A stretch of DNA of 64,000 nt from Octopus sinensis (lineage: Eukaryota). The stretch lies in NCBI RefSeq assembly GCF_006345805.1, contig NC_043006.1, positions 95,914,001-95,978,000 on the forward strand, written 5' to 3'. A program made the translations under genes and the position numbers. This document shows, piece after piece, positions 23,791-38,433 of the stretch; positions within the stretch are counted from its first letter, which is position 1, and every line of letters starts with the position of its first letter. The notes beneath the pieces were generated by a model. It ran no database searches and had not been told where the DNA came from. It saw only the letters and a program-made list of their open reading frames with translations.

Positions 23791-24295
23791 AGAGATATAA
23801 ATGAAATTAATATAAGATACAAAGAAATTTTCACAAGATAGCTCAGACGAATAGCAGTTAGTTAGGAAGTGATACACCGGATTACCAAATATTTCAGTTT
23901 ATTGAATTTAGAGGTTAGAAGCAAATATAATGAGAATCCGAATCGAAGCGGCCACTGACATAATGTAACATATCACTCAAATAATATTTAAAGATTTGAA
24001 TAATATCTAAATGAGACACGTATGCTTTATTGCGTTATAAAGTATGGATGAATAGGAACTAAGAAGTATTATTCGGAGCCTGTTACGGCACTAGTTTATT
24101 AGATAAAAATGTGTTTTTGCTATAATACAAAACTTTCACTTTGAGTTCTCCAGACTTGCTAAAGATGTTATGAATAGCTTTACGAGAACATATTAGCAAT
24201 GAGATAATGGGAGAACGGGGAGGAGTAGAAGATGTGATCGCAGAACAGCGAACGTTCTGGACATGTCACGAAGTCGACAGACATGAGGAGGTCCC

Positions 24296-25350
24296 ATGCC
24301 GTTGCGGATTGTTATTCAAAATCAAAAATTAAACGATGCATGCGCATTGCTAGAAATTTGGAGACGACATGATGTACTGCTTGGCATTAGCGCTGGAAGC
24401 TCCAATAGGAACATTTCAGAATGTTCGTATGTCAATTTGAGGACAGTGCAGAGAATTCGGAAAGAGTTCGATGAGTTTAATGGTGATTACAAAGGTAGGC
24501 CAGCTCGGAGAACTCACTCTGATCGTTCTGATAAGAAAAGAACTCTTCTTGAATTTGTTGATGAAATCCAGGCCATGTTTGACAATGATCCCTCCAATAC
24601 AATCAAGTCCATAGCCAGGAACATGGGAGTGTCTGAGTTTCTTATCAAGCAAGTAGTGCATGAAGACATTTGGTATTCCGCTTACAAGATGAGAAAGGGC
24701 CAATTTTTATCACCAAGCTATCGAGGACAAGAGAAAAGACCGCGCTACGAAGATTTTGAACAAACTCAAGCATCCCCTCCAAATTAAAATACTTTGGTTC
24801 TTCTCAGACGAGAAACGTTTCAGCCAGGATAAGATGGTGAACACACAGAACAAACGTTGGCTTGCCGTGTCCCCAAAACTTGTGCCCAAAGTGATAAAAA
24901 TCAAACATCCAGTCAACATCATGGTGTTTAGAGGGATCACTAGTGAGGGCAACGTTATGCCTGTATTCATCTTCCAACCTGGCCTCAGACTCAACACGGA
25001 GGCCTACATCAAATGCCTCTGACTGCAACCTCCTTGATTATTATGTGTGGGGCGCAGTTGAGAGAGAGACCGACGAAACTCCTTCTAACACCAAAGATGA
25101 GGTGAAGGCAAGGATTATGGCAAGAGACGGCCAAGAAGAGTTGCAGGAGATTCCGAAGTCATTTGGAGGCCCTGGCGATTTTATAGAGTAAATAGCAATT
25201 ATATAGAATAAATGGCGATTTTATAGAATAAATTTACACTTTAGTATTTCAAGATATTTTTATGTAATTTTAGTAACGTGTTAAAATGAGATATCGGTGT
25301 TATTTTCATTTTTGCGTAAATTAGATGACAATTTAATTACTGCACCCTAT
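24296..25350 (+). pseudogene. Decayed maT-like (DD37D-type) transposase
   Basis: RTVQRIRKE, WFFSDEK, KHPVNIMVF, DCNLLDYYVWG across three frames; TIR-like ACTGCACCCTATA end. Confidence 0.8.
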
Positions 25351-25431
25351 ATTATATAGATATATATATATATAATATATATATTATATACATATATATA
25401 TATATAATATTATATATTCTATATATATATA

Positions 25432-25588
25432 CGATGGCTTCTTTCAGTTTCCGTCTACCAAATCCACTCACAAGGCTGTGGTTGGCCCGAGGCTGTAGTA
25501 CAAGACACTTGCCCAAGATTCCATGGAGTAGGACTGAACCCGGAACCATGTGGTTGGGAAGCAAGCTTCTTACCACACAGTCACTCCT
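25432..25588 (-). mobile_element. SINE 5' half (same family as 20987)
   Basis: Reverse complement of the 20987-21145 segment. Confidence 0.8.
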
Positions 25589-26504
25589 ATATAATATATA
25601 TATATATATATATGCATACACACTCAGAAATCTAGGATCATATATTCATCTTACATACACATATCATGTTTTCATATTTTTATGTATGTATCATATATGA
25701 ACGCATTTATGAGGGCATATATGTGTGCGCGTGTCTGCAATTGTGTACGCATGCATATATACATAGAGACATAGTTGGATTGATACAGTGATATATATGA
25801 ATATATGAATACTTGCCTACATACATGCATACATATACACACACACATATGTATATTGATATATATAATGCGTGTGATCATTTGTATGTATACTTATATT
25901 TATGTATATAATTCCTATCGTCGCTCATTACAGAGACTGCGTCTGAAGATATATATTTATGGAACTTGTTGCGACGAAATGATAATAGCGGAACTCTTGA
26001 GTAGAGGTCAAGCGAATTTTGCCAATTACTTCTGAAAGAAAGTTAAGCCATATGCGCACTTATTAAAATGAAGTACTCATTGAATGTAAGAAGGGACATA
26101 AATTTTCTAAAGAAATTTGTCTATAAGTTTTATTGACTTCTTAATGAATTATTTCTTTACAAATGGTATTGTTCTATGTTTTATCTGTCTATCAATCTAT
26201 CGATTTATCTATATATCTATCTATTTAATCTTTTTGTTTAATATATCAATCAAATCTAGCTATCTATCAATTTGCATAGTTGTCTGTCTATCTCTCCGTA
26301 TCTCTGTTTATTTTGTTCTAATTATATACATACGAGGTAGTTTCAAAAGGTTCCCGAACTAGTTATGTTTAATAAAAAGTAACTTTTGTACCGGAGTTTT
26401 AACACCATCCTTCGAAGTTATCGCCTTTCGCTGCAATATCCCGGTCCTAGCGTTCCCGCCACATTTGCAAATCCCCCCACATATGTATGTATGTATGTAT
26501 ATTA

Positions 26505-26544
<40 letters not shown>

Positions 26545-26549
26545 GGGGG

Positions 26550-26750
26550 AGGAGAATTCACGAAAAACGACGAAACGACGAAGACAGGTTGTGCAGACAA
26601 CAAAAAGATGTATTAGTATAACGCAGGGAAGTGAAAAAGTCTTTAACGTTTCGAGCCCACGCTCTCCCACAAAAAGAAATACAGAAAGAAATAAGGAAAG
26701 GAAATAGAGAAAATAAAGAATGTGTAGTGGCTAGCGATCTATCATGGCGT
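26550..26750 (-). mobile_element. PLE pLTR-like fragment with decayed hammerhead remnant
   Basis: Minus strand GAGC-GTGG-GCTC GAAACGTT AAAG, but the CUGANGA box is not intact; bounded by (TA)n. Confidence 0.4.
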
Positions 26751-26756
26751 ATATAT

Positions 26757-26787
<31 letters not shown>

Positions 26788-27399
26788 GTGGATAGATAGA
26801 TATAGATATAGATCGATATAGATAGATAGATAAATATCAATGTATCTCTCTTTACATCTATCTATCTTTATATCTATAAGCTATATGTGTGTGCATCCTT
26901 TCATGCCTCTCCCTCTTTCTCTCTCTTTCTCTCCCTCTCTCCCTATCTTTCACCTTCTTTCCCTACCTCTCTCTCTCTCTCTCCCTTTCTTGCTATCTAT
27001 TATCTCTCTATCCATCACCCCCTGCTGTACATCAATTCTCTATTAAAATATCAATGTTCATTGACAAACGAATTCTAAAGCAATGAGACCGATCGGTAGT
27101 TTCAAGTTACAGCTTAGAAATATTTGTGCAGATGTAAATCTAAGCTTGCTATAAACTACATAATATATATTCATTTATACATTCAAATACATATCATTGA
27201 ATGACTCGATATTTCAAGACCTCGAAGTCTCATATGTAACACATACAATCATTAGTGCCTGAAACAGAGGTTTCATATTCCTATATGAGTTATTTATACT
27301 AATATGCGTTATGGTTTTTCCAAAAGAAAAGTAAAACGGCGAGGAATTATTGTGATACGATATTAACAACGTAGTTTGAATAACAAAAGTGTGGGGAAC

Positions 27400-27439
<40 letters not shown>

Positions 27440-27642
27440 TGTGTGTGTGTGTGTGTGTGCGCTGGTATACGTTCTTATGTCTGCGCGACCGTCTTTCACT
27501 CTGAGCGTAGCTGTGTCTAACTCTGTCGGTCTATGTGCGTATACAGGCGTGCATTCATATTTATAAACTTATTAACATGGACGTATTATGGGTTTTCTTC
27601 TTTGTATATATGCTACATAAAAGGTGTGGGTGTGTTTGTATC

Positions 27643-27684
<42 letters not shown>

Positions 27685-27701
27685 ATCTATCTCTTTCTCT
27701 T

Positions 27702-27732
<31 letters not shown>

Positions 27733-27956
27733 GTGTGTGTGTGTGTATGTATACATATATATATATATGTATGTATAAATGTACATATATATATATATGT
27801 ATCTATATATGTATATATATTATATATATATATATATTGTATTATTGTATATTAATGTGTATATATATATGTGTAGAATTATGAGTGTCTATGCACACAT
27901 TTTTATATTTTTATATTTTTTATTTATATGTAAATTATTTTCACACTTATATTAAA

Positions 27957-28070
27957 TTATCTGAAGAGGCCGTGAGACATCCTTGTTAATGTCTCATTTA
28001 TACCTGCTTTATATGGCTAATAGGTTAAATGAGACATACTTGTCTTCGCGGCCGAAACAGCTGTCAGATA
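27957..28070 (+). ncRNA. Hammerhead motif with long stem II
   Basis: CTGAAGA, GGCCGTGAGACA/TGTCTTCGCGGCC, inner 12-bp ATGTCTCATTTA/TAAATGAGACAT, GAA, ACAGCTGT palindrome, GUC triplet. Stem I appears shortened. Confidence 0.7.
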
Positions 28071-28244
28071 TGATGTAATTGTATTTTATATTTCTATTTC
28101 CATGTCTAGTTATATTTGCAATATATTATGTTAATGTCATTGCTGTTATGTAATGGTGTAATAAAGTATTGATGGGTATTATCTGATGGTGTTGATGATT
28201 GATTTAAGTATGTTTTTCCTTTTCTCATTTTGTATATATATATA

Positions 28245-28279
<35 letters not shown>

Positions 28280-28859
28280 GATAGATTAGGTAATCTAAGC
28301 CTGAAACTTTAAGTCGCAAAAAGCTGAGGAAAACTGTTTTAGTAATAGTATAAATAATAATAATGATTGATGATATGATGATAATATATATATATATATG
28401 AATGTATATGCACGTGTATATTCATATAAAATGTGTGCGAATGCGTAGGCATATACCTTGCATACGTACGTGCTTCCTCTCTATGTATATACACGCGTTC
28501 ATATCTGAGTATGCATGTTCTTTTAATGTATGAATGTATGTGAATATGTATGTATGTGTGTCTGATACTTCACTCGCCTGTTAATGTTCATTCTAGCTAG
28601 AATCCACAAAACTACTAATTTTGAGGACAGTTTTACGTCACGAGCTGATCTTTTCTTTGTCACCTTCTCAGACACACTCTCTCTCCGTCCCTCTCTCACT
28701 TGCACTCCGTCTCCCTCTCTCTCTCACTCTCTCTCCTCTCTCCTCTCTCTCTATGTATATATATTTGTCTCCTCGAACTTCGTGTCTGTCTGCGTATAAA
28801 TAACAAAGTATAAATAACGTACTTATTCTGCTTATTTTGTATATATACATATGAATTGT

Positions 28860-29195
28860 TAAGGTTCATCCAAGGCTGGGTCCACAGGCCATACGTCCCC
28901 TGTCCAACTCAGGATCACAACATATAGGTACATTGCGACACAATTTCTTTTTCTCAACAGGCCCCGCCCGGTTTTGATCAAAGAGGAAAAGGATCCCTTC
29001 ACCTTTAAACGGAGTCTGAACAAATTTGAATGAATACCAAATAAGCCACCTATACCTGGATACAACTCACTCAACAAGAACCCCCTACTTGAATGGACCA
29101 TAATACCATTTAGATAATCCTATCAGGTGGTGCTATTAAGTTAGACATAACCTGGACCAATCTTTGGTCGAAACATATCTAAGTTTGTCTAAGTT
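28860..29195 (+). mobile_element. 3' fragment of CR1/Jockey-group LINE (same family as 42590-44795)
   Basis: IKEEKDPFTFKRSL..IPNKPPIPGY..NKN.LLE and shared 3' UTR ATAATCCTATCAGGTGGTGCTATTAAGTTAGACAT. Confidence 0.85.
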
Positions 29196-29386
29196 TATAG
29201 GGGTTCAGCACGTGCCTATATATTTTCATATGTATGTAAATAAAGAAATTTCTAAACCTACATGCATCTGAGAATGGCTTTTATCTTTTAATCTTTGTTC
29301 TCTGATGGTAACTTTATATTTTCGATACTGATCATTTCGATATACATAAACGATTTATTTCCACACACATATCCTTCGTTCTAGAT

Positions 29387-29446
29387 GCTCTGAGGAAGCA
29401 TTTATCTCTGAGTGTACTGCCTCTCATAGCAGAAACAACTGTAAGC
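29387..29446 (+). ncRNA. Degenerate hammerhead motif
   Basis: GCT CTGAGGA ...(TGAG/CTCA hairpin)... GAAACAACTGTA AGC; stem III is one change from the ACAGCTGT palindrome. Confidence 0.5.
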
Positions 29447-29864
29447 TAGTGAAGTTCATTGCATCATTTCCTGTTTTGTTATCATTTTTTTAACATCATG
29501 TGCGTGTGTGTATGTGTGTGTGTGTGTGTGTGTGTACATAGATATATATTATACACACACGCATGTTTATTTCCATCATGTATGCATGCATATACACTTG
29601 CTTGTGTTGTACGCGTTCCTTTTAACGGATATATATATATATATATATTTCACTTTTTTTCATTGCGTCTTACTAGAGCTACATACACAAATACAGCCTT
29701 AGTGTCTGCGTGCGCCACTGCTTAATATTCCTTCTTCGGGTACAAACCCTTATTCACAACACTTGACTTAATTTTAATTCTTTTCTTTATGTCTTCCTTA
29801 TATTGGTCACTCTTTATTCCACAGTTCCCAATTTTATCCTCTATCATTATTTAGGATGTCATTA

Positions 29865-30346
29865 AGGCGGCGAGCTGGCAGAGTCGTTAGCACGCTGGAC
29901 GAAATGCTTGGCGGTATTTCGTCCGTCGCTACATTCTCAGTTCAAATTCCGCCGGGGTCGGCTTTGTTTTTCATCCTTTCGGGGTCGATAAATTAAGTAC
30001 CAGTTTAGTACTGGGGTCAATTTAATCGACTAGCCGACTACCTAAAATTTCGAGCCTTGTGACTAGAGAAGAAAAGATTATTTAGGATGTAATTTAATGC
30101 ATTTGTGATATTTATTTCATTTTTGACCTCAGGAGGCTAAACATAGAGGGGACAAACATAGACAGACAAAGGTAATAAGTTGATTACATCGACCCCAGTG
30201 CGTAACTGGCACTTATTTAATCGACCGCGAAAGGATGAAAGACAATGTCTACCTCGGCGGAATTTGAACGCAGAACGTAACGGCAGACGAAATACCGCCA
30301 AGCATTTCGCCCGGCGTGCTTAACCGTTCTGCCAGCACGCCGCCCT
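29865..30346. mobile_element. Tail-to-tail pair of SINEs (29865-30080 +, 30130-30346 -)
   Basis: GGCGGCGAGCTGGCAGA head, GTTCAAATTCC B box, CATCCTTTCGGGGTCGATAAATTAAGTACCAG central domain (Meta-domain-like). Confidence 0.8.
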
Positions 30347-32535
30347 AAATGCAAGTGTTATATTAGACTGTAAGTGTGGTCAACTTTACCACAAGTTTTT
30401 GACGCTTCACTTATCTCAGCAGTGAGATTCGTAGAGGCCTCAGCTGCGAGTCTGATGTCCTCAGAAGACTTGGACGATCTGGTGCAGTTGTGGACTCATT
30501 GAACCAGAGTGTTTGGTACTGCTGATATCTGTGAAAGAGGACCAAGTTTTGGCTCTTTAGGACTCTGGTTCTCCCTGACCGGCTCTATAGATGGAAGACT
30601 TGCACACTGCCCCTAAGGTGCCGGCTGAACTCATTAGGTATCACGGCACTTTGCAGGATAACGGCTTAGCATTTGTTGGGTTTTGTATCCAACAAACGAC
30701 TCTACTCAAAAAACTGGAAAGTTTCCCGTAATTTGTATGATTCGGGAGCACTAGCTCAGTGTGGTTGGTCACGTTACTCGATTTTCTGAATTAGACCCTA
30801 ATTACTGAGTTCTCTTCACTGAGAATCCGGCTGGGTTGACAGCTCGCGTTGGTTGGCCACATGCCATATGGTCACAGAAGATGAAGAGGTTTCTCGTGGA
30901 ATTGGGGACTGAATGGGTCTCTGCTCGATGGGTTGGCCAAGAGGACCCGGGAATATACCGACAAATTATGAATGCAGCAACTTGCTGCAAAGACACATGC
31001 CTCCACACCTGACTTGATCTGACTAAGTGCAAATTGAGAAGTTAGCTTCACAACTATACAGTTCAATGTTTGATCTCGCTATCAACCTATCCCGAGATCA
31101 ATCCATACACTGTCAGTGACGTGTTGAAGTCAGGACTGTGTCGAATGGATGCTACGAGTAATCCTATGTTACAGACTTGTTACGTACGTTGCCAAGTTGA
31201 TTCTGTCTGAGAATTAATTACATTAAAATACACTAAGAGTACTTGCGCCTTAATTAAATGAGCAGGTACTATAGATGATTGAGTAACTGAATGGTCATCG
31301 TTGAAACCGACGATGATCCATCCAAGTTTATAAAGATACTTCTGGAGCATATACAATTCTGTTGAGACAATATGGAAAGGTATTTAATCCTGACCTTTAG
31401 TCTTCTGTGGTGTTATCCACAAACACATGGTATATTCTCCTAGACGGGCTTTTTATACATACGACAGAATCAAGCAAGATTCCGGCTAAGAAATATTTAT
31501 GCTTCTTCTCTTAAAATTAGCCGAGTGATACGTAAAAAGAAAAAAAAATTAAAATATGGTCAGAACTGTGCAGGAACGTTGCCAGATATTTAGTATTAAC
31601 TCGGAAATCGTCAGAGAGAAGTGTAAAGTAAATAATGGTAAGTCGGGCAAGTAAATTTTACTTTCTCATACTTCGACTGAGGGTATGTATTTTTGTATCA
31701 CGTGATGCATCAGGCAGTCAGAGAACTCCTGCAGAGGTACTTTGAAGTGTTTACATGGCTCAACATATTTTCCTTGACAAGGTACTAAACTGTAGCCCAT
31801 CCATTTGCATTTAGGAAATTGCAATTTCCTCTGTTCACTGCTAACAGAGGTCCACAAAGTATAGCGTGGGCTGCCTTAGGTCACAAATATCTCGTCGCTG
31901 GTTTCATCGAAATTTCTCCACCCTGACTGTTGGCCGTTGCCGCAGCTCCTCCACCCGCATTTTGGTGCAGTATAAACAACAACAATTCTTGTGATTTAGC
32001 CAACTGGTTGACGTGGTGTAACCGGGGTGTGGTACTCGGAGCCAGCACACGAGAGATTGAGGAGTGACTGGTAGTTTGTGGTAACTGTCAAGCCTACCAT
32101 GTAGCGAGCAGCCTACAAGTTGCCAAATATATCACCTTGCCCCTACATCTTATATATTCCACCAGAAGAATCAACTGGAGTTGAAATAGAAACGAGAAAA
32201 ATAATAGGTAGAGATATACAGCGTACCATCATTGCGATAGGAATATGTTGTTATTGGGAAAAATAATGGACTGAATGGCTGCAAAAATAAAAGTAAATGA
32301 AAGTAAAAGAGGGAAAAAACGGAATAGAGAGTAAAAGGAGCTTCAGTTGAAAGATCGAAAATAAGAAATGGCACGTTAAATATTAAAGAAAAAAAAATAG
32401 ACTCTTATTGTTTCTGAACATCTGAACGGGGTTCGCCTACTGCATTACATTTGTCTACTCCATATCACGTACATTACGTAATGAAATGAATATACATACA
32501 TACATACATACATACATACATACATACATGCATAC

Positions 32536-32611
<76 letters not shown>

Positions 32612-33348
32612 TATATATATGTATGTATATATACATACATATATATTATACATATATATATATATATATATATATAAATATATATACATAATATATATAT
32701 AATATATGTGTGTGTGTGCATGTGTGTGCTTTTGTGTGTGCGTGTGTGTGTGAGTGTGTAGTGAAACCAAGTAAATGACGAAATAATTAAATGAGTGAAT
32801 AAATACAAAACAAATAAATAAGTAAATGACTCTATTGGTTTCGTTCGTTTCTCGTTTTAGCGATAAATAGAAGTAATTTCTTTCTAAGGTGAAACGACAT
32901 TCAAATGCATGAACTTTGTGGACAAGATAAAAGCCGTAATAACATTAACATCAGGTAGAAAGTCTCTTTAAGTGTCGGCAGAGAAGAACGGCTTATCTTA
33001 AGACTTAGGATTCTTCGTTTAATACGTTAGAACGGAAAGCCAATCCGATAATCAAATTTATTCTTCCCGTTTGTTTTGGTTGTATTTTTCATATTTCATG
33101 CGACTGTTTTGTTTTCTATTGATATATTTTTTCCTAAGCTTCTTTCTAATTTATACCGATATGGTGATATATATCTATAGACAGAAAAGTCACACAGACA
33201 GAAAGACGGACAGGCAAATTAATTCATAGAGTAAAAACCTATCTTTCATTGACTCTGTTACTGCTCGTTCATTCTTTCTCTGGCTCTCTCACATTCTCTC
33301 TGTAGACTGTGCCATACATACAGTAGGTAGCTTTCCATACATATATAT

Positions 33349-33424
<76 letters not shown>

Positions 33425-33913
33425 TATATATATATATATATATATGTATGTATTTATATCTATGTATATATATATATATAATCCTATATATGTAAGAAGA
33501 TGAATATACATATATATGTGAGTGTATATGTATATATATGTGTGTAATCATATATATGTATGTAAATGAATATATACATATATATGTAAACATATACCTA
33601 TATATAAATGAATATATAACGTACGTATCGTTATGTATAATAAGCATATATAGGTATGTAAATGAAAATACACATATACATATAAACATACACCTATATA
33701 TAAATAAATAAATAATATATATACATATTTTGTAATAAATATACTTTATGCGAATAAATATTTTTCATGAACGTACGTATGTAACTCTCTCTCTCTCACT
33801 GTCCCTTTCTCCTTATGTATACACACATATGTCGGCTTAAATACATGTATTTTCGCGTGTGAGTTTGTGTGCTGCATATGTGTATAGGCATGAAATTATA
33901 TAAATTGCACTCA

Positions 33914-33945
<32 letters not shown>

Positions 33946-34610
33946 CACATGAAAGAAGGTTTGAAAATGCAATTTTAAAAGATGTCCATTTACTCTACCG
34001 GTTTCACTTTTTAGAAAAAGTTTGTTCAAAAGTAACATGTAAAATTTAGTTGTGTTAATTATTGGTTGTCACAAAATGCTACAATACATATATACATGAT
34101 TTGGTAACAAAGACATGTTAAGAACATAAAAAAGTTTAAGAAGTTCATTAAAATATTGGTCACAAAAGATTACAACATATATATACATTCTGAAGAAAAT
34201 TTACAGGAAGGAATTATTAAAAAGTTCAGTGGAATATTGGTATTGTATCTGTATATACATACACGCATAGAATATCATAAGTTCAAAAAAGTTTACATTA
34301 TAGTAGTAGAGTAGCTTAAACTCTCCTGGTCCACCATGTTATCGTAAAAGACTATTTTCTATAGATATTAGTCAGATTTTAGCTTCTACTTCATGGTCAA
34401 TTTATCATTGTTGTTGTTTAACCACAGTCAATCCTTCATCCACCAGATCTATAACGAAAGGCATTGCAGCTTTGACTATCTCGTCTGTGAGTATATCTGA
34501 GACAATTTTGCCTCGTGTATTTCCCCGTTTTAAGTCGGTTAAAATTATTATGCCTGATGAATTGTAAGCTTTCGTTTCCCTTCCATTTGACGGTTGTATT
34601 ACTTGTAATT

Positions 34611-34905
34611 GTGGAGGTACATGGTCTCTTGGTTAGAGTAGCGGACTCGCGGTTTCGAATCTCAGACCGGGCGATGTGTGTGTTTATGAGCGAAACACCT
34701 AAGTTCCACGTTGCTCCCTCAGAAGGTAATGGCCAACTTCTGCTGAATCTTTAACCACAACTTTCTCTCACTCTTTCCTCCTGCATCTTGCAGTTCACCT
34801 GCGACGGACCGGCGTCCCGTCCAGGTGGGGAACATATACGCCAAGGAAACCGGGAAACTGGCCCTTATGAGCCAAGCATGGCTCGAGAAGGAAAAAACAA
34901 CAACA
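34611..34905 (+). mobile_element. tRNA-derived SINE with target-site duplication
   Basis: tRNA-like head, (CAA)n tail, flanking ATTACTTGT(A/G)ATT at 34598 and 34906. Confidence 0.8.
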
Positions 34906-35708
34906 ATTACTTGTGATTAGACGATGTTGACCAATTGGTTAAGCAGCTAGTTCAGCAACCACGAGGTGACGAGTACACTCCTACTACTTGATATCTAACC
35001 CTTATTTTATATAGCTTTAGTTTGACTCATACATTCTAAATGGAACTGAATACCCAAAAACAGTTTAGGAAACCCGTCCAATAGCTTATACCTCTAATAA
35101 AGTGCTACCAATAAACTCTTCACGTTTACTGTTGGAGAGGATCCTGCATAATAATTACATGAAGTGTATAATTGTCTGATCTGTGGATTGCGCAGTCATT
35201 AACGCAGGGGCGGATAATTCACTTGATCGAACGACGGAATCCTTTATTGTTAAGTGACGGTGAATCATTGATGCTACGAGAACAAACTGTTGTTTTAGTT
35301 TTACTTTGTTTACATAAAAGCCACAGACAACATTGAGAAAAATGTGTCGCAAAAATAAAGCAGAAAATCATTTGCGTTAATCCTTTTGCTGTAGTATCCA
35401 AACACATGGACCCGTTTCAGCAGAGTAGGCGCATTTCCTATAACAGTATAGATTTAATGTAATGGCAATAATTCGGTAGATCTGAGTGAACAATATGGAA
35501 TTATCTACACGGAACAGTTGTGGTCAACAATATAGTATTTGCAGAGTTCTGAAGAGCTTGTTGCAAGCAGGTGCAAGGAAGAAGATAGCTGCTGCTCTTG
35601 TAATGAAGTTGGAAAATTGATCCGGTTTAGACGGAGAGGAAGCCGGCAAACATATGAACACATTCACTGTATAAGAACGACAACACACAGATACACACGC
35701 TAGCGCAC

Positions 35709-35754
<46 letters not shown>

Positions 35755-35777
35755 GGATGTATATATATATATGTATG

Positions 35778-35820
<43 letters not shown>

Positions 35821-35918
35821 ATATATGTATGTGTATATGCATATATATATATACACACACATATATGCATACATATATATAATGTATATATGTATGTATA
35901 TATATGTATATATATACA

Positions 35919-35953
<35 letters not shown>

Positions 35954-37106
35954 CATGCATATGTATGTACGTTTGTGTGTATGCGTGTATGTATGCATAT
36001 ATTCATCTACGTATCTTCTTGTGTATATAGACATATATACACACACACATTGCACACACACACACACACAATACATGTGTTATATGACGTTAAAGTTTTA
36101 TGCGCCGATTCTGAGTAACATGCAACGAGCTTAAATGCTCCGACACAAATCCCGTTCATTGATGTTCTTGTAATAGTTGTCACTTATACGAGCTTATATT
36201 CATACATGTATATATGTGAAGGTGCGTAGCCAAGTAGCTAGAACATTACACTCATGATCGTGAGATTGTACGTTCGACATTTGTCATGTTTTTAGCAAAA
36301 CATTTTAGTCCAGTCCACTCGGCTGTAAATGAGGAACAATGCGACGAGGAATGTTGCGATCTCGGTCATTCATATCGAGGCAGAGTAACCGTCCTTATGA
36401 GATCTAATATTCAAATATATTTGAAAATCGCATAAATAATTGTAGGGAGATTAATACTTAAGCAGAAGACAAAGAAACAAATGGTACATGGATTTAGTCA
36501 AGCAAAAACCTCGTCGTGGAAAGAGCGAAGAAATAAGAAAAGAAACAATTATTTGAACAATGTGGAAGTGTTTCAGCGCTTCGGAATATAGCATTAACTA
36601 AGGGAAAGAAATAAGAAATATAATACAAACAATATGGACGCCATGGCGATTTTAGAATACCTGCTTACTATTGTAGATTTTATAGAATTACATACACATC
36701 CAGATCGTAATGATGTTCGCTTCGCAATATGAAGGTCACTGGTTCATTCGTACATTGCTTGAATTTGAATAAATGGTATTTTCCCATAGTATAAAGTTGC
36801 CCCGAGCTATGTCTGGTGCTATTTGTGGGCAGAAGATATTTACGAAAGACAAACATTGTCAAAGAATTATTATTTATTGAAACGGAATGAGACAATTGGA
36901 CACCAGCAGACTGCTTTTAGCGCCTGTATTATTTGTCACTGTACGCAAACACATACAACTCTCTCACACACACACACGAATATATGCACGTGCATATTTA
37001 ATCATATCCAGGTAAAGTGAGGGGCATTACAATTTATTAATTGATTAGGATTGGTATAAACACTTTCCTGCAGTCTCCTCATACACATAAAGAGAAACAT
37101 GTTTGC

Positions 37107-37142
<36 letters not shown>

Positions 37143-37526
37143 AACAGAGATAGAGAGATAGAGAAGGAACAGAGAGAGAACGAGAGAAACATTAAAACGC
37201 CAAAGTGGTTAGCCTCGAATGAGCGACGCCAAAAAAGCGGCGCCAGAACGTCTCTTGCCCTAATTGAGAACTTAGATTTGTTGCATTTCTAGGATTTTGT
37301 TAGACAATTTCTCTAACGGTGTCAGGGAAATATTCAGCCAAATATATTAATATTGAATGATCAGGGACCTCCGTTCACTAAATATGTGGAATACGTCGTC
37401 GAAAAGTAGAGATCCCTTTATTTCCTTTGATATTTTTCATAAATAAAGGATGGTAAATGAGAGGGAAGAAAAGAGTTTATCGCTGATAATCAACACAAAC
37501 GCAATAATGTGTGTGTGTGTGTGTGT

Positions 37527-37639
<113 letters not shown>

Positions 37640-37764
37640 ATATATTATATAATATATATAATATATGTATGTATGTATGTGTGTGTGTGTGTGCTTAGGT
37701 ATATAGATAGATAGATTGATATACAATTACGAATTCATCTGTAAGTAGCAGTATATACGTTCAA

Positions 37765-37820
<56 letters not shown>

Positions 37821-38000
37821 TGGAAATCATCTATTTTTGTCTCGACGTTCCGTCGTCATATTCGTCTTTTTTGATGGCTTTGGTGAATATATAGTGTGTG
37901 TTTGTGTATGTATGTATATAAACATGCATATATATGTATATATATAAACAAACACGCACAAACATATATATATATAAATATTTATATGTATATACACATA

Positions 38001-38050
<50 letters not shown>

Positions 38051-38391
38051 GTTATTTATGAACCAGAAACGACTGCCATTCACAGGACACAAGACGACGT
38101 TAGCCGTCCAGAATAATATTTTATATGTTTCGTTCTAAAGGATTTTTTCAAAGGAATGAAATATCTGCTTCAACTGATGGAATTTATGGTTAGAAATGGA
38201 ATCGTCTATTAATATATATGTGTATTCTAAATATAGGAACATAACACTCTGTAATTATGTAGGTGAGAAGGTGTTTCTGATAGGATAGTGTATATGTGTG
38301 CGAACGAAAATTTCGACTTCCATCTGGAGACCAACTATTGCTGGATTTCGAATTAATTTGCAGGGATATAGTATTATGTAAAGTAATGTAT

Positions 38392-38433
<42 letters not shown>

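Noticed and set aside
29141-29185. GACC..GGTC GAAACATATC hammerhead-like half
   Set aside because: No CUGANGA box; better explained as the 3' stem-loop/tail of the LINE.
35546-35610. CTGAAGAGC...GCTC possible hammerhead (similar isolated boxes at ~34553, 48806, 25943)
   Set aside because: No correctly placed GAAA or stem I.
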